A DNA stretch of 38,424 bases. Origin: Rotaria socialis (lineage: Eukaryota). A program made the translations under genes and the position numbers. The stretch is taken from contig CAJNYD010000075.1 of the NCBI GenBank assembly GCA_905331295.1, positions 49,361 to 87,784 on the forward strand, written 5' to 3'. The notes below the pieces were generated by a model. It was given only the letters and a program-made list of their open reading frames with translations. It did not search any database and was not told the origin of the DNA. Shown one piece after another: positions 1-12,183 of this stretch (its first letter is position 1; the number at the start of each line of letters is the position of its first letter).

Positions 1-1393
1 TTTATTTAATCTTATTTTAATCTTTTACGCTCAGTCAATGATGCGTTTTCTTTAGATTAATTGATCTTCTGTCGTGAGCTCACGTAGACAGTTATTTTAC
101 CTTGTATAAGTAAATAGATAATCAATGATGTTTAATAAGATCAATTGATGAAATCAGCAGATTGAAGGGAAAAGTAGATTTATGTAAATAATGATAACAG
201 TGAAGAAAAAACAATAAATCTGGCAAACAAATATAAGGATAAATCCTTATATATTCGAACGAGAAAACTAAACAACGCAATAACGAAAAAGCATAGCTAA
301 ACCAAAAAGATCACATGATCTCAATCATGAGAAGGATTATCCATATCAAATAGAAAACAAGTAAAGAAAATGTATTTCAATGATATGGATAAGTTAGCGT
401 CATGAAGTGACATCTAGTGACGCTAACATCCCCGGTATTGTACAGTAATAATAAGATGAAATACACTTGATTTTATAATACATCTAATGTATGGTGAAAT
501 CAAGTGTACTGTTTAAGATACGGATAGATACAAATTAGTACGGTGTACTGAAATTGCTATTGTCCCAAAACAGACTGTAAACAGTATTCCTTGTGATTGA
601 CTTCAATAGCTAAATATTTCGCATAAACGCTGAAAATCTGAATATTGTGTGTATGAATTAAATCAGACTGTGTCGATGAGAATGAACTCAAGTCTTGTAC
701 TCAAACTTTTATTGATTCTTTTATTTTCGAATATCTGATCAATGTACATTTTTTATTTGATGCATTTTGTTTTCACATATTTTCTCTAGATTATTAATGT
801 GCCCCGCTTGTGATCGTTTCAACAAGGATGTCTTTGCATGATTGATTGCAAAATGCAAGACATCACTATCTACTTTTATTTTATCTATCTGTCCTACTAA
901 ATGCACATGTAACAGCAAATAATTCCAATTTCGGATTACAGTATATAAATAGTAGTGCTATGTGAGAAACAAAAGTTATTAAACATTTTCAGTTGTCTAA
1001 TCTAATATTTATCAAAAAAATAAAATGCATCAAATTATTTGCCTTGATCACGTACTAAAGCTATGTGACAGCGAAATAAATACAGCGTGAAATTTCATTT
1101 TTTCACCCGTACTCTTATTGATTGCAAAAGCAAAAAGGAATGAAGAGAACGAAAGAAAGTTAGCGATGCTTGACGTAAAAAGTGAGAAACTATAAATACT
1201 GATTCTACTGTCATCGTACGATTTCAAACTCATTAAGGCCTCACTTCTCTATTTTCAGCGTTCTTCAAAATGAGTCTTGAATTACAAACGAATGTAAATG
1301 ATGTACTCAACGAAGATCAATTAATGCTGGATTCAAAACCAAAAAAGTAAGTCAAAATTGGTTTTCATTTATTGACTATGATTGTGATTATAA

Positions 1394-1593
1394 CCCCCCT
1401 CCCCCCACAATAAAGGATCCCAGGTCTTCTATTATGTTCCAGCGTAAAAATTTTCCAAGGGGTCTTGTATTAAGANAACCTTTTAAATCAAATATTAGGA
1501 AAAAATGGGGTTCTTAAAACAAGACCCCTTGGAAAATTTTTACGCTGGAACATAATAGAAGACCTGGGATCCTTTATTGTGGGGGGAGGGGGG
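1394..1593. repeat. Perfect 75-bp inverted repeat (foldback or MITE-like)
   Basis: Arms 1394-1468 (CCCCCCTCCCCCCACAATAAAGG...GGTCTTGT) and 1519-1593 are exact reverse complements. The 50-nt spacer extends the pairing imperfectly and contains the N at 1476. No clear TSD. Confidence 0.85.
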
Positions 1594-2448
1594 AAGGGGT
1601 TCACTCTTAGTCATTTGGACTAATAATTTCAACTGTAAAAAAAAATGGCGTTAAAACGGAGGTACTACAACGTATTTTTCATACCATAATTCGTCAGTTC
1701 GTTTACTTCCGTTCAAGTTGGCAATTTCTCAAACATGAGCAAGGTTGCCGTTGAACTTAATATCATTCTTAATTTTCATTGTAATATTGCATGTCTCGTA
1801 TCTATTATGTTCATTTTCACAGAAGAATATATTTTTAAAAGGATTAACTATAACTATGTAGTTAAAACTTAATGTGAATTATTGTTTACTTAGTTCTGCG
1901 TCTTTTAGTCGATTATCGGTTAAACCAATGAAAGAACATAGGAAAACTGATCAAACTGTACTATTCTGTATAGCTATACCGTTTTATTAGCTTTTTACGA
2001 GACTAGAAAAAATTGGAATCAGAAACGTCTTTTTGGCATCTGTGAGTGATTTCAGTGAACTTTTGCTGAACATAAAAAAATTCATCGCTCAAAAGCAATA
2101 CTTAAAATTTCAGTGTTTATCATACTTGAACCTTTTCTCTATGACTTACGAATAGGTTAAGTTTTACTTCATAAAAAATACCTTTACAACAAGTTCAAAA
2201 ACGTCAGCATGAAAAAAAATACAAAATTGCGATGTTTTTACAATAGTACAAAAAGGAAGTGTTTTCGTTTTTCATTAATTTTGTTTGCTCTCAATTTTAT
2301 TAGTGAAAGGTTTACCCTCTTAAAGGTTCTATGAAATTTCGGCAAAAAGAATTTCGTCATCTGAATTTGGGTAAGGTTGTCGAATTTCTACAATTGTCGA
2401 AATTCTTATGAAATTACGACAGAATTTGTTTTTGTTGGGTATTTTATT

Positions 2449-2797
2449 CAGGGTTGCCACCTCTTCCGCTTTTTGCGGAAAGTTTCCGCTTTTTCACTTT
2501 TTTTCCGCTATTTTTCCGCTGTTCCGCTTTTTTCCGCTTTTTCGTATAAAACGTGTTGCATATCAAACATGAGTACAGAATAATATTTGATATTATTGAA
2601 TCAATTCTTATTGTTTACAAATATCGCGAGTCATCGTTTTTTTATGTTTTGAAACGTTGATGAAATGAAAAAAATGCCTAATATTCTCAGAAGGATTACA
2701 AATCTGCAGCAATATAAGCTTCCGCTTTTTTTCCCGCTTTTTCATTTTTTCTTTCCGCTATTTTCCGCTTTTTAGACTTCATCAGGTGGCAACCCTG
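2449..2797. mobile_element. Non-autonomous hAT-type DNA transposon (MITE), 349 bp
   Basis: 14-bp perfect TIRs CAGGGTTGCCACCT (2449-2462) and AGGTGGCAACCCTG (2784-2797). 8-bp TSD ATTTTATT (2441-2448) versus AGTTTATT (2798-2805), 7/8 identical. Clustered subterminal TTCCGCT motifs at both ends. Confidence 0.85.
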
Positions 2798-3477
2798 AGT
2801 TTATTGTCCATATTCCATCAGAATTTGGACAACATAAAGCGCAAAACGAAAGTTTAAGCGAAATTGATTGTTCAAGTTCTTTTAGCATGTCTTTATTCAA
2901 TTCCTTTTTCATATCAGGAGATACGGATATGATTCAAATGGTGATATAGATAGTTGAAGGGGTCGGTTACATGATATGTTATTAAACGAGACTCTGTCTT
3001 GTTATATAGAATTTTCATAATTGAAATTCTTTTTCCATGCAAAAATAGGTTTAAGTGCCTTCCAATTTTTCGCATTTTCTAACCAAGATTTTTTCACAGA
3101 CTCGATTTTCACCACCAAAACTTGTTTTTTGTGGATTTTTTTACCGATTTTCGAAAATTAATCGCAATTTTTCTTTCACCAGTAAATAAGCGTCACACCC
3201 GCCGTCATGCTAATACTTTCCTATTTGTTATTTTGTCTTACTCACTACGACTTTTAGGTTGCACAAAACGCCTTTCTTCACTTTCCTCACTTTATGCCGA
3301 TTGTTTATTTTTAAATGAAAGAAGAATAAGCTAACAAGATTAAAATAGAAAGACAAAAACCGAAAATATTTTCACGACATATAAAAAGTGGTTTAATATA
3401 AAACAAGAACAAATCAAAACGAGTTTTAAGCATAAGAATGAACATGATTAATACGTATAAAATTTAACTTAACTTGT

Positions 3478-3989
3478 TTATTCATTAGCTTCACCTTGCT
3501 GTTTATTATTGTTGTAATTGGTAGCTTGGGATGTAGAAGTGGTTGCAATGAATTCATCTGGGGAAAGAACAAAGTAATAGTCAATCAATGATTTGTGAAA
3601 TACATCTTTTTTAATCTTAGCTTACTGAGTGTTGCTTTTGACTTCAACGTTTTCCCTTGATTTCGTCGCTTGCTGAGAATAGAATCATGAACAGGTGGCC
3701 AAATAATCGACATTTCGACTTCTGAAAAGCTAAACTTTTGTTTAATGGCACACGCAAAAAAAACATAGCATGAAAATAGATACATTTAAAAAAATGTTGT
3801 AATTTATTACGTACCATATATTGCTTTAATTCTTGCGTCTTCATCAATTTTCTTAACATCGACATTCTGTAAATCTTGTTTATCAAGAAATAGTGCGTTA
3901 ATTGACTTTAAAGCATATTTAACTGTATTTTCTTTTGTACCTTGTATTTTTACTAATGAAACAATAACACCCTCCCTTCTAATATATGC
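3478..3989 (-). pseudogene. Spliced gene fragment with a BEN-domain-like region, probably degenerate
   Basis: Exon 3989-3815 (AYIRREGVIVSLVKIQGTKENTVKYALKSINALFLDKQDLQNVDVKKIDEDARIKAIY, donor GTACGT). Exon about 3751-3626 (AIKQKFSFSEVEMSIIWPPVHDSILSKRRNQ..., donor GTAAGC). Exon 3557-3478 after a CCCCAG acceptor, ending in TAA. The acceptor expected near 3752 is not AG, and no start exon was found. BEN call is by visual pattern only. Confidence 0.4.
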
Positions 3990-4561
3990 CTAAAATGGAA
4001 CAATATTTTAGAAAGAATTGAGCTTACAGGTTACTGCTTTTAAAATATAATTGAACTTTCTATTTTTTGTTTCCGCATGATTAAAACTGAGCCTGGCTTT
4101 AGGATTTACGTATAACTGCGTTGAGTGCTATTGTTAAAAATCGTATAAGCTCGTGCTAGAATCTTCATAGTATTCAAATAGAAAGATGCAGTGTTAGGAT
4201 TTCTTCCATATAAAATTCCGTTTATTTTACATAGTCAAGTATCAATAAGACATTGGATATCTTCTCGGGCCGTAGGTCTTCATAAACTAGCCTGCATCTC
4301 GGGAAAAATACAAATGAACAACATGAAACGGATAACTACAGTTTCATGTGAAGTACACAAGTTACCTAACAGCAACGTGACGGTGTATTCATCTAAAAAA
4401 ACTAGGCTTCGAACTCAGTCATATATTGCAGCGATAATGTAGAATGATTTTACAGAAATGACTATTGAGATACACTGTATATAAATTTTAATTCGAATGC
4501 TCATAATAGCATTTTAATGATGGATAATTTATTAAAATCAATATTATAATGTTTATAATAG

Positions 4562-6791
4562 ACATGTGCCTGCTCAATGGGCTCGAACAACATGCTTTAT
4601 ATTGATTGTGGTCATGAATTTGAGTGCCTGGATTGATTTGGAAGGTTTAATAGGTGAGATACCTCTTATTGTTGTTCAAGCACCAGAAGGATGGGCATTA
4701 CCATCTGCGGCATCTTTATGCCTCAGCATGGCAAATATTGCACCTGCTATTATCGTATTGCTCCGCTGGCGCCAAGGAAGCCGGTTCTCAGAGATTCCCT
4801 ATATTTACCTGATTATCGTTGTTGGCTTGCTATCATGTTGTGTACTAGCTTTTACTTGGCAACGAACGATCTTCTTATTTGGAAGTGAACGGAGTGTATG
4901 GTTTTTTTGTTGCTTTTTTACTCTATCAATGCTCGACTGTTCATCTTCTTTGGTCTTCTTCGATTATATGAAGCGATTCCGAGACCACTATTTGACAGCT
5001 GTTTTTCTCGGCGAAGGACTCACGGGAATTATTCCTACGTTTCTATTACTCGCTCAAGGTGTAGGTGGTGAGGCAACCTGTGTTTTAACTACCAACGGTA
5101 CTTCTCTGGAACCTATCTATAGTGAACCACGGTTTAGTGTTAAAATTTATATCTTGCTTCTTGGATGTGTTATCGCGGCATCCCTAATCGCCTTCATCCT
5201 ACTCAGATGGACAAACATAATCGCATTGGCTGATGCTGTTCAATCAGTAAGTATTTTATTTCGATGTTCATTTAAAAGTTCTAGCCAATTTAACAGAGCG
5301 TAGCTATTGAGAATAATATCAGATTTGTAAGAAACTCTATCACCATTGAAACCACTTACAGCGTAAAAATTTTAAGTCACATTCAAATACATGCGAGTGT
5401 GATACTATGAAAAATAACTTTCAACGTTGAATTGATTAAAACATTGATTTAATCATGTTTATTTTTTGACAAAAACATGCGAAATTTTTAAAAATTAGTT
5501 TTTATATTGTCATTCCACACTCCCTTTTAAATAAATGTATAGATGCAATATAAATTATTCATGTATTTAATTAGCGATCATACGAAAACATTTAAGTTGA
5601 AAAGAAACATTCTGAAATGATTTATAATTTTATTTCGATGTATTGATATCTAAGATGATAAACTATGCTAAACGAGACTACTGAAATTTTGAATTTGACA
5701 AAGTTTTTCTTTGTTAAACATAATTATTTGAGTAGATAGTACACGACACATGTTCATATCTCTAACTCTGACCAAATCTGAAATACACGACTGTTAATTC
5801 TCATAAGAAAATTATATTATAATGTTAGTAAATCCTATCTAATTCAATTAATTCATTAGATTAAGGTCATGCTACATCTTTTCTTACTTCATCTACATTA
5901 TATCACTTGTTATAAAGCGAGAGATAGTTCTTGTTATAATTTTTACGAAGTCTGAATATATGATTAAATTTGATGTGCAAAACAGAAAATAACTGTAAAA
6001 CAAACAAAATAACATGGGTGACACAGCTTTGACACTGGATAAGGCGAACACGAAGCAAAATAGTATTTAGAGTTTATAGTCTTTTATTTGTTTTCAATGC
6101 TATAAATGTCTTAAAATAAATTTTAGAATTCAATTAAAACGTTTGCACATTTCAGGTAATTTATCAAGCAGAAGAACTTACAACTGGCACCGATCCTAAC
6201 GAGAATTCCTTAATGACTTCTGTAATTGAATCGCCTGAATCGAAATCTCGCCCACAAATGACTCGTAGAGTATTCATTTTTCTATTATTGATCAACATTA
6301 TTAATTCAACGATGTTATTTGGATGCTTGCCGTCGCTGAGCACATACGCTTTATTACCATATGGTCAAAAAGCCTTTTACTATTCGAGTCTTTTTACTCC
6401 AGCAGCATACTCAGTTGCATTATTGATTAATTTGCGTTGGGAAACCATAACACTACGTGCAACAGTCATAGGATCAGCGATTGGACTAATGCTTTGTATT
6501 TTTATCATAATAATTGCAACACAAAGCCCATGTCCTTGGTGGAGTGATACGACACATGGAGCTATAATAATTGCTATTTCTTGGTTTCTAGCAACACTGA
6601 TTATTGCTTTTCTGCGAATCACTATTGGTCATCGAATTAAATTAGAATGGAAAGACGATCAGGGAATGTTTTATTTTGGCGCAAGTATTCAACTTGGTTT
6701 ACTATTAGGTGCAATTCCGATGTATTTTTTAGTTAATGTTTTTAATGTTTTCACCGATCGCGAGCCATGTGTTATATACTGCCTGACATAA
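4562..6791 (+). CDS. SLC52A-like: SLC52A-family riboflavin transporter-like protein; exons 4562-5246 and 6156-6791 (first exon and start codon not identified)
   Basis: Family motifs LSAWIDLEGLIGEIPLIVVQAPEGWALPS, DCSSSLVFFDYM, FLGEGLTGIIP, PRFSV, LPSLSTYALLPYG and QSPCP, with many TM segments. Phase-0 intron 5247-6155 (GTAAGT...TTTCAG) joins the two ORFs in frame. AG acceptor at 4560-4561; AATAAA at 6804-6809. Confidence 0.85.
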
Positions 6792-8005
6792 GATATTTAA
6801 AAAAATAAATAAATTAGCCAAGTTCACTTTTGCAATAGATTAATAGAGGAACTGTAGTAGATATTAATATATTCAAAATAAAGCTATAAATATCGAAAAT
6901 TTTGAGTTACATAAAAAATAACTGAAGATTATTGTTCAAACAGCAGATAAAAGCAGAAAAGGCGGCAATGACAAAGTCAAATTCCATGCTCCTGTCCCCC
7001 AATAAAACTGCCTGAAATCGTGCAATTTTCGGGTTTTCATTAATATTTGTTACGTTTTTGTTATAGAGGTAGCCAAGAAAGAAATTGTTGATTTCTATTA
7101 CGTAGTCTACAACTGATGTCATCTTCATATAACATTCTTTTTTAATTCTGCATAATTCATGTCACTACATCACATCGATAGGCCAATCAATGACAAACGA
7201 AGTCTTTCGTTCTCACAATATGAATGCATTAATAAGCTTAAAAATTATACAATTTATTGTACATTTATGCTGGTATCACACTGAAAACAAAAACGGTACA
7301 AAACGAAACATTCAAAGGTTTCAATTTCTGAAACGAAGTCGAAACCATTTTGAGATTCGTACGAATAAGGTTTCGGAAAGATCCTTCTTTTGATTCCTTG
7401 AAAATAGGATTTACCCTACGACTTTCTGACTAAATCCAATATATTATGATGTCGTTTATGCATCTCAGCTTGAACATCTATTAAAATATACTTAAAAATA
7501 TGCCCGATCATCCAAACCTTAACCTGCTGTCTCATCTATATCTTTCTCACTATTTAACCTTAGAAATAACTTTTTAAAGCAATTGCTTCCTATATTCGCA
7601 AAACTCTCTTCATCTATTTATAAATATTCCTTAAGATTTATATCTACTCTTAACCAATTATTTCTATGCACCAGAAAGAAAGGTACTATATCGCACTAAA
7701 GTCTATAATGACTTTATATGGCACTTTTTTTTAGTGCAGTGGCTAATACAAACGAGAACATCCACAATTTCGTATGCAATCCTCTTTCTTCATGTGGTCA
7801 CGCGTTAGATGGAATGAGCCATAGATGAAACCAGTCTGGGGTTTTTTATCGACCAGTTACCGATCTGAAAAGATCAGCTCGAATAGGATCGGCTGGTGTA
7901 CCGGTCATATCGTGCTACCATTAATTAGCAAGTCTATGGACGGACGACCGGTCAGTCTAGCGGTTACCGACCTGTCCAAAATTCGTAACAGTACCAATTC
8001 CATAT

Positions 8006-8746
8006 ATGAAGTGGGTATACGTTTACAGAAAACCTACAGATACAGGTCTATATCTTAGATGGACTAGTAATCAACCTCGTAATTATAAAATTAATTTAAT
8101 TAAGTGTCTATGTACTCGTGCGAAAAGAATATGTTCATCTGATTATCTCTTCAAACAAGAATTAGAATATTATAAGAGCATTTTCATCACGAATGGTTAT
8201 CCTATTAATGTCATTAAGAAAACTATACATAGTATTGAATTAAGTATTACAAAGAAAAAAACAATTCAGAATACACAAAAAATATTCATTTCAGTTCCTT
8301 ATTATGGTGAATGTTCCTTAGCATTAGCCAATAAGATTAGAAAAATCATCCAAAATCCTACAGTTAATGTCATTTTTGGATTTAAAGCTGGCAATCGAAT
8401 TTCCTCATTATTCAGTAAAACATTCCGTGGAACTAATGATAACAAAAGAATAGTGTATGGTTATTCATGTTATGATTATAAAGGATATTATATAAGTCAG
8501 ACAGCAAGAGATGCTGAAGTTCGTCAAGAAGAGCATAAAAATGCCTTTAACGGCAACGGTTATTCCAAAATAGCTGAACATTGTCTTAATAACAAACATC
8601 GTAACAATTGGAATACTGATATTTTAACCATTGAATCTAATGATTTAAAAAGGAATATAAAAGAAAGCTTACTCATGTATTGGTATAGTAAAAAGAAGGA
8701 CAAACAAGTGTACTCACAAAAGAGCTTCGTTTTAAATGTGTTCTGA
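8006..8746 (+). pseudogene. PLE RT-thumb/GIY-YIG ORF remnant (246 aa)
   Basis: Motifs as above. The ORF begins inside the RT (YRKPT), so it is a truncated copy. Confidence 0.75.
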
Positions 8747-9000
8747 TCGATAACAATAACAAGACACATTATTTTGGGGGCGATAAAAATTAATTAATTT
8801 ATGATAAGAAAACGTTTCCTTATCATATGTGTCTTTGTTCCTTTTCTCTCTTTGTATTGCTCATATATTTATTCTTATCTTGTTCTCATGTCCTTTCATT
8901 TCATTTTCTGACTGATGATGTTATGAGTTCATAACGAAACGTCTCACTTTTTCAATAAAATGATTAAAACGGTGTCGATTATTCTCTTATTTATAATAAA
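8020..9000 (+). mobile_element. 5'-truncated Penelope-like retroelement: RT C-terminal region, GIY-YIG endonuclease and 3' pLTR/UTR
   Basis: ORF 8006-8746 has VYRKPTDTGLYL...YKINLIKCLCTRAKRICS...NGYP, SVPYYG and a GIY-YIG-like segment IVYGYSCYDYKGYYISQTAR..R..EH...IAEH...KES. The RT catalytic core is absent. YIG->YIS and CxxC->CxxY suggest decay. A hammerhead and AATAAA (8954-8959) follow. Boundaries are approximate. Confidence 0.85.
8909..8946 (+). ncRNA. Minimal type I hammerhead ribozyme
   Basis: TGA-CTGATGA-T-GTTATG-AGTT-CATAAC-GAAA-CG-TC/TCA. Core CUGAUGA at 8912-8918, perfect 6-bp stem II (8920-8935), GAAA at 8936-8939, predicted cleavage after GUC at 8943, 3-bp stem I TGA/TCA. Confidence 0.8.
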
Positions 9001-12000
9001 AGAAAACAAATTTCACTATTCGATTTCATTACGAACGATAGAAATAGATTCCATTAGAATTACTAAAGTTTGGCGTGAAAATCGAACCTTTGAGATAGAA
9101 GCAAAAAAAATCTCATTGTGATCATCATGTTTTATCTAACTTATTCGTATAACAGTCTTAAAAAATCAACAAACGTAGAGTTTCAGAGAAAAGCAAATAA
9201 ATTTGTAAACAAGAGTTTACTACGGCAGTAAAAGGAACGACACTAAATCCTGTAATCCTTTAATACAATTTCATATTTCTCATTTATTGCACGCTTCTGA
9301 TGCGTTATTATTGTACATCTGCTCGAAGAAGGAAAACGTAATATTAACTTGTCTTGGTTGATTGCATTTGTCGCATGAGTTAGAGCAATAGTATGCACGA
9401 AAAAGAAGTATAAAATATGTAAGGATTTGTCTTTGTATACAGCATATTACTAATCAACATTGTTTCAAACTGGTAAGTTTGGTAATATAGACGTTTATGC
9501 ACTGGAATTGTACAACCAAAATCTTTAAATTGTTTCCATTCACACTAGAGTTATTTTTCTGACAGTATGTGTCCTATACCTTAAATGGATACCATACCGA
9601 AAATAAATCAGGTTATAACAGTCTTCTGTGTTTCATATAGTGAAGCACAGAACTCAAAATGTCTGATAAATCTTTATATTCGATCTATAAAATAGTACTT
9701 TCTTATAATCATTTTTTCGAGATCTATTATCTATATTTCATTTTGAAATTTTACGACTTTTTAAGTGCTACATTCATGACAGCTGTTTCGAAGTATCCTC
9801 GTAAAGATGAATTTTTGTGCGTGTTGTTTTTGTCTGCTCAAAATTTCGATACAATCAATTCGCTCTAGTGAAAATTAATATTTTCTACTGAACTAAATAG
9901 AAAAAAAAACAAATTTAATGTTTCTATACTACTAATTCTGAAATATTCACAGATTTGATTATTTCTTACTTGAATATTTCATAACTTTTAAGATGCTATC
10001 TTTGGTTGAACAACGATTTACAAGTATAGCAACTCAACAAAGCATATTTTATAATAACTATCTTCCAGTGTAATATCAATACAATAGATTATTATATGAG
10101 AGCAATCTTATTTTAGTTGTTTTCTAAGTGAAACGAAGTAGAAGTCTTTCTTGTACATTTGAGGGTCTCATTCAATTCTAGAACATTTCGAAGTTTTCAG
10201 ATAACTCCTTATATCTTGATAAGATAATAAATGTAAAGAAAATTGAGCTGACTGACAATTGAAAACGCTGATTCAAAGAAATAGAGCCAAGTTATTTTCA
10301 TCCTTAATAATGATGCAGGTGAACAGGAAGGTTTAGTTTTTTTTAAAGTATACTTTTGAAAGATCTCAAACCAGTTTTTCGTATACAGACCTGTTATAGC
10401 CACTAAGGACCCATTGCTGTCAAACCAATGTCACTTTGTTTATGAAACTTCCATTCGATTTTATTAGATGTGTTTATTTACTCTCATTCTTTTGTTGAAT
10501 TGATTATTCATACATGACGTCTAGCCTTCACTTGTCGTCTAATTTCATCGTATGCTTTTCCGTTCTGTGTACTCTGATTATTTATCGCGAATCATCTAAT
10601 TCTCTTTGGGCCTTCACTCCTCCTATTATTCATTTGCCTTTTCTTACGTCTCCTAGTTTTGTATATAAACATGTGCTTTTATGTAAAAGGTACAATTATA
10701 TAATATGAAGGAACAGAAAACCTAAGGGAACACTAGCTTGTTGTAAGTAGAAAATTATGTCAAAGTATTTCGAAGTAATTTAGTTTTTGAAACATGGATG
10801 TAGTCTCAGGTCACTTGTAGTTGCTAGGATAGTTCAAACAGATCAATTCTCTGGATAGGAAGATTTATTTCTAGTAGAAACAGCTTGAAGGAGTTTCTAG
10901 ACGATTTTTGCTTTAGGAAAATCTTCACATGAGTAGACTTTTTGAGATCGAAGACAACTTATTTTATTCCCACTGTTATTGCTCTTATTTTAATTCCTTT
11001 TAACTCCATTTTCAAACTTTATTTCAATTTGAATCGACAAGAATCAAACAAAAAAGAAAAAGAAAAAAAAGCACTCACATATAAAAACGTATATCCCTTT
11101 TTATATTCTCTTTTCATACGTTCTCCCCCTCTCATATCTCATCACATACCGGTAACGTTTCTTTTATTGCATAGGGATACATTTAGTACACGGAGAGAGA
11201 CAAGAGAGAGAGAAAAAAGAATCAAAGAATGCAATGGATGACACCATAACGAAACACAAAGCAGAATTAGAAGATAACTATATCCTAACTAAATTTATAT
11301 CATGGCCATTGGGCAGGACACCCACTTCATCGCAAATGAAACTACAACACTCTCATCTTTGTCATTCCTTATTACTATCGTTTTCTATCTTCGAATGTAT
11401 ACTAATCAATTTCCAACAAATATAGTGTTGTAGGATTATTTGCGATGATCTAAATTGTGAAGGGTTTTTTAATATTTCTTATGACACGGTGATCGTGGTA
11501 GTTGTGAGTATTTAATTTTTTCATTCGTCATTTCGTCCATTTTCTTCGATATGGCTCTAAAGTACAGGCAAAATTTAATGGTGTAATCTTGACGTAAGTT
11601 TTATTTCCGAATCCGAAGTAATAACTTACTTTTTAAAACACCTATCTGTTCGATTTTTATTAAAGTTTCAACTCAAATGAATGCGTATTTTACGCACTAT
11701 TAAATTGATAGAAGTGATCAATCGGCGGAACGAAATTTGATAGTTAAGTTAGCTTCTACGCATGCCGAAAAAACAAATTTAGCTAGCCCTGAAATTCTTA
11801 TGGCAATTGTAAAATAGAGTAACCTATATGCGAGTGAAATTTCCGGCGACACTTATATAGTTGCAGTTTTCCCATATTGACTATCTGTCAGTCTAAGAAT
11901 GACCAAAATATTCTCCATTTTCTATACTAATAGATGATATGCAGCTGTATTTTGTGAATTTTTCCTAGTTTCATCAAGATCTAACTTTTAAAGCACTGTT

Positions 12001-12183
12001 GATAGAGAAGCACTTGTAAGTTGTCAATAGATCAACTGAAAGAGGGACAAAACGGAATCTGAAACAATGCAGTTTTTCTTGCAGAAATAGATATTACGTT
12101 GACTGTTGTATGATTTTAGATATTCAAGAGAGAAATTTTTCGTAAAATTACTTTTATCGCTGTTTCATATTCAAGTTTTAATC

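Noticed and set aside
640..1350. Possible plus-strand exon remnants (CPAC motif near 800; exon-like 1259-1346 ending at GTAAGT)
   Set aside because: In-frame stops and no recognisable family; too weak to call.
2377..2583. 68-aa ORF
   Set aside because: It runs across the MITE end and its T-rich repeats.
10942..11425. Two ORFs and purine/pyrimidine-skewed tracts upstream of the NRPS
   Set aside because: Low-complexity sequence without protein motifs. It may be a retroelement UTR remnant, but I cannot support that from the sequence.
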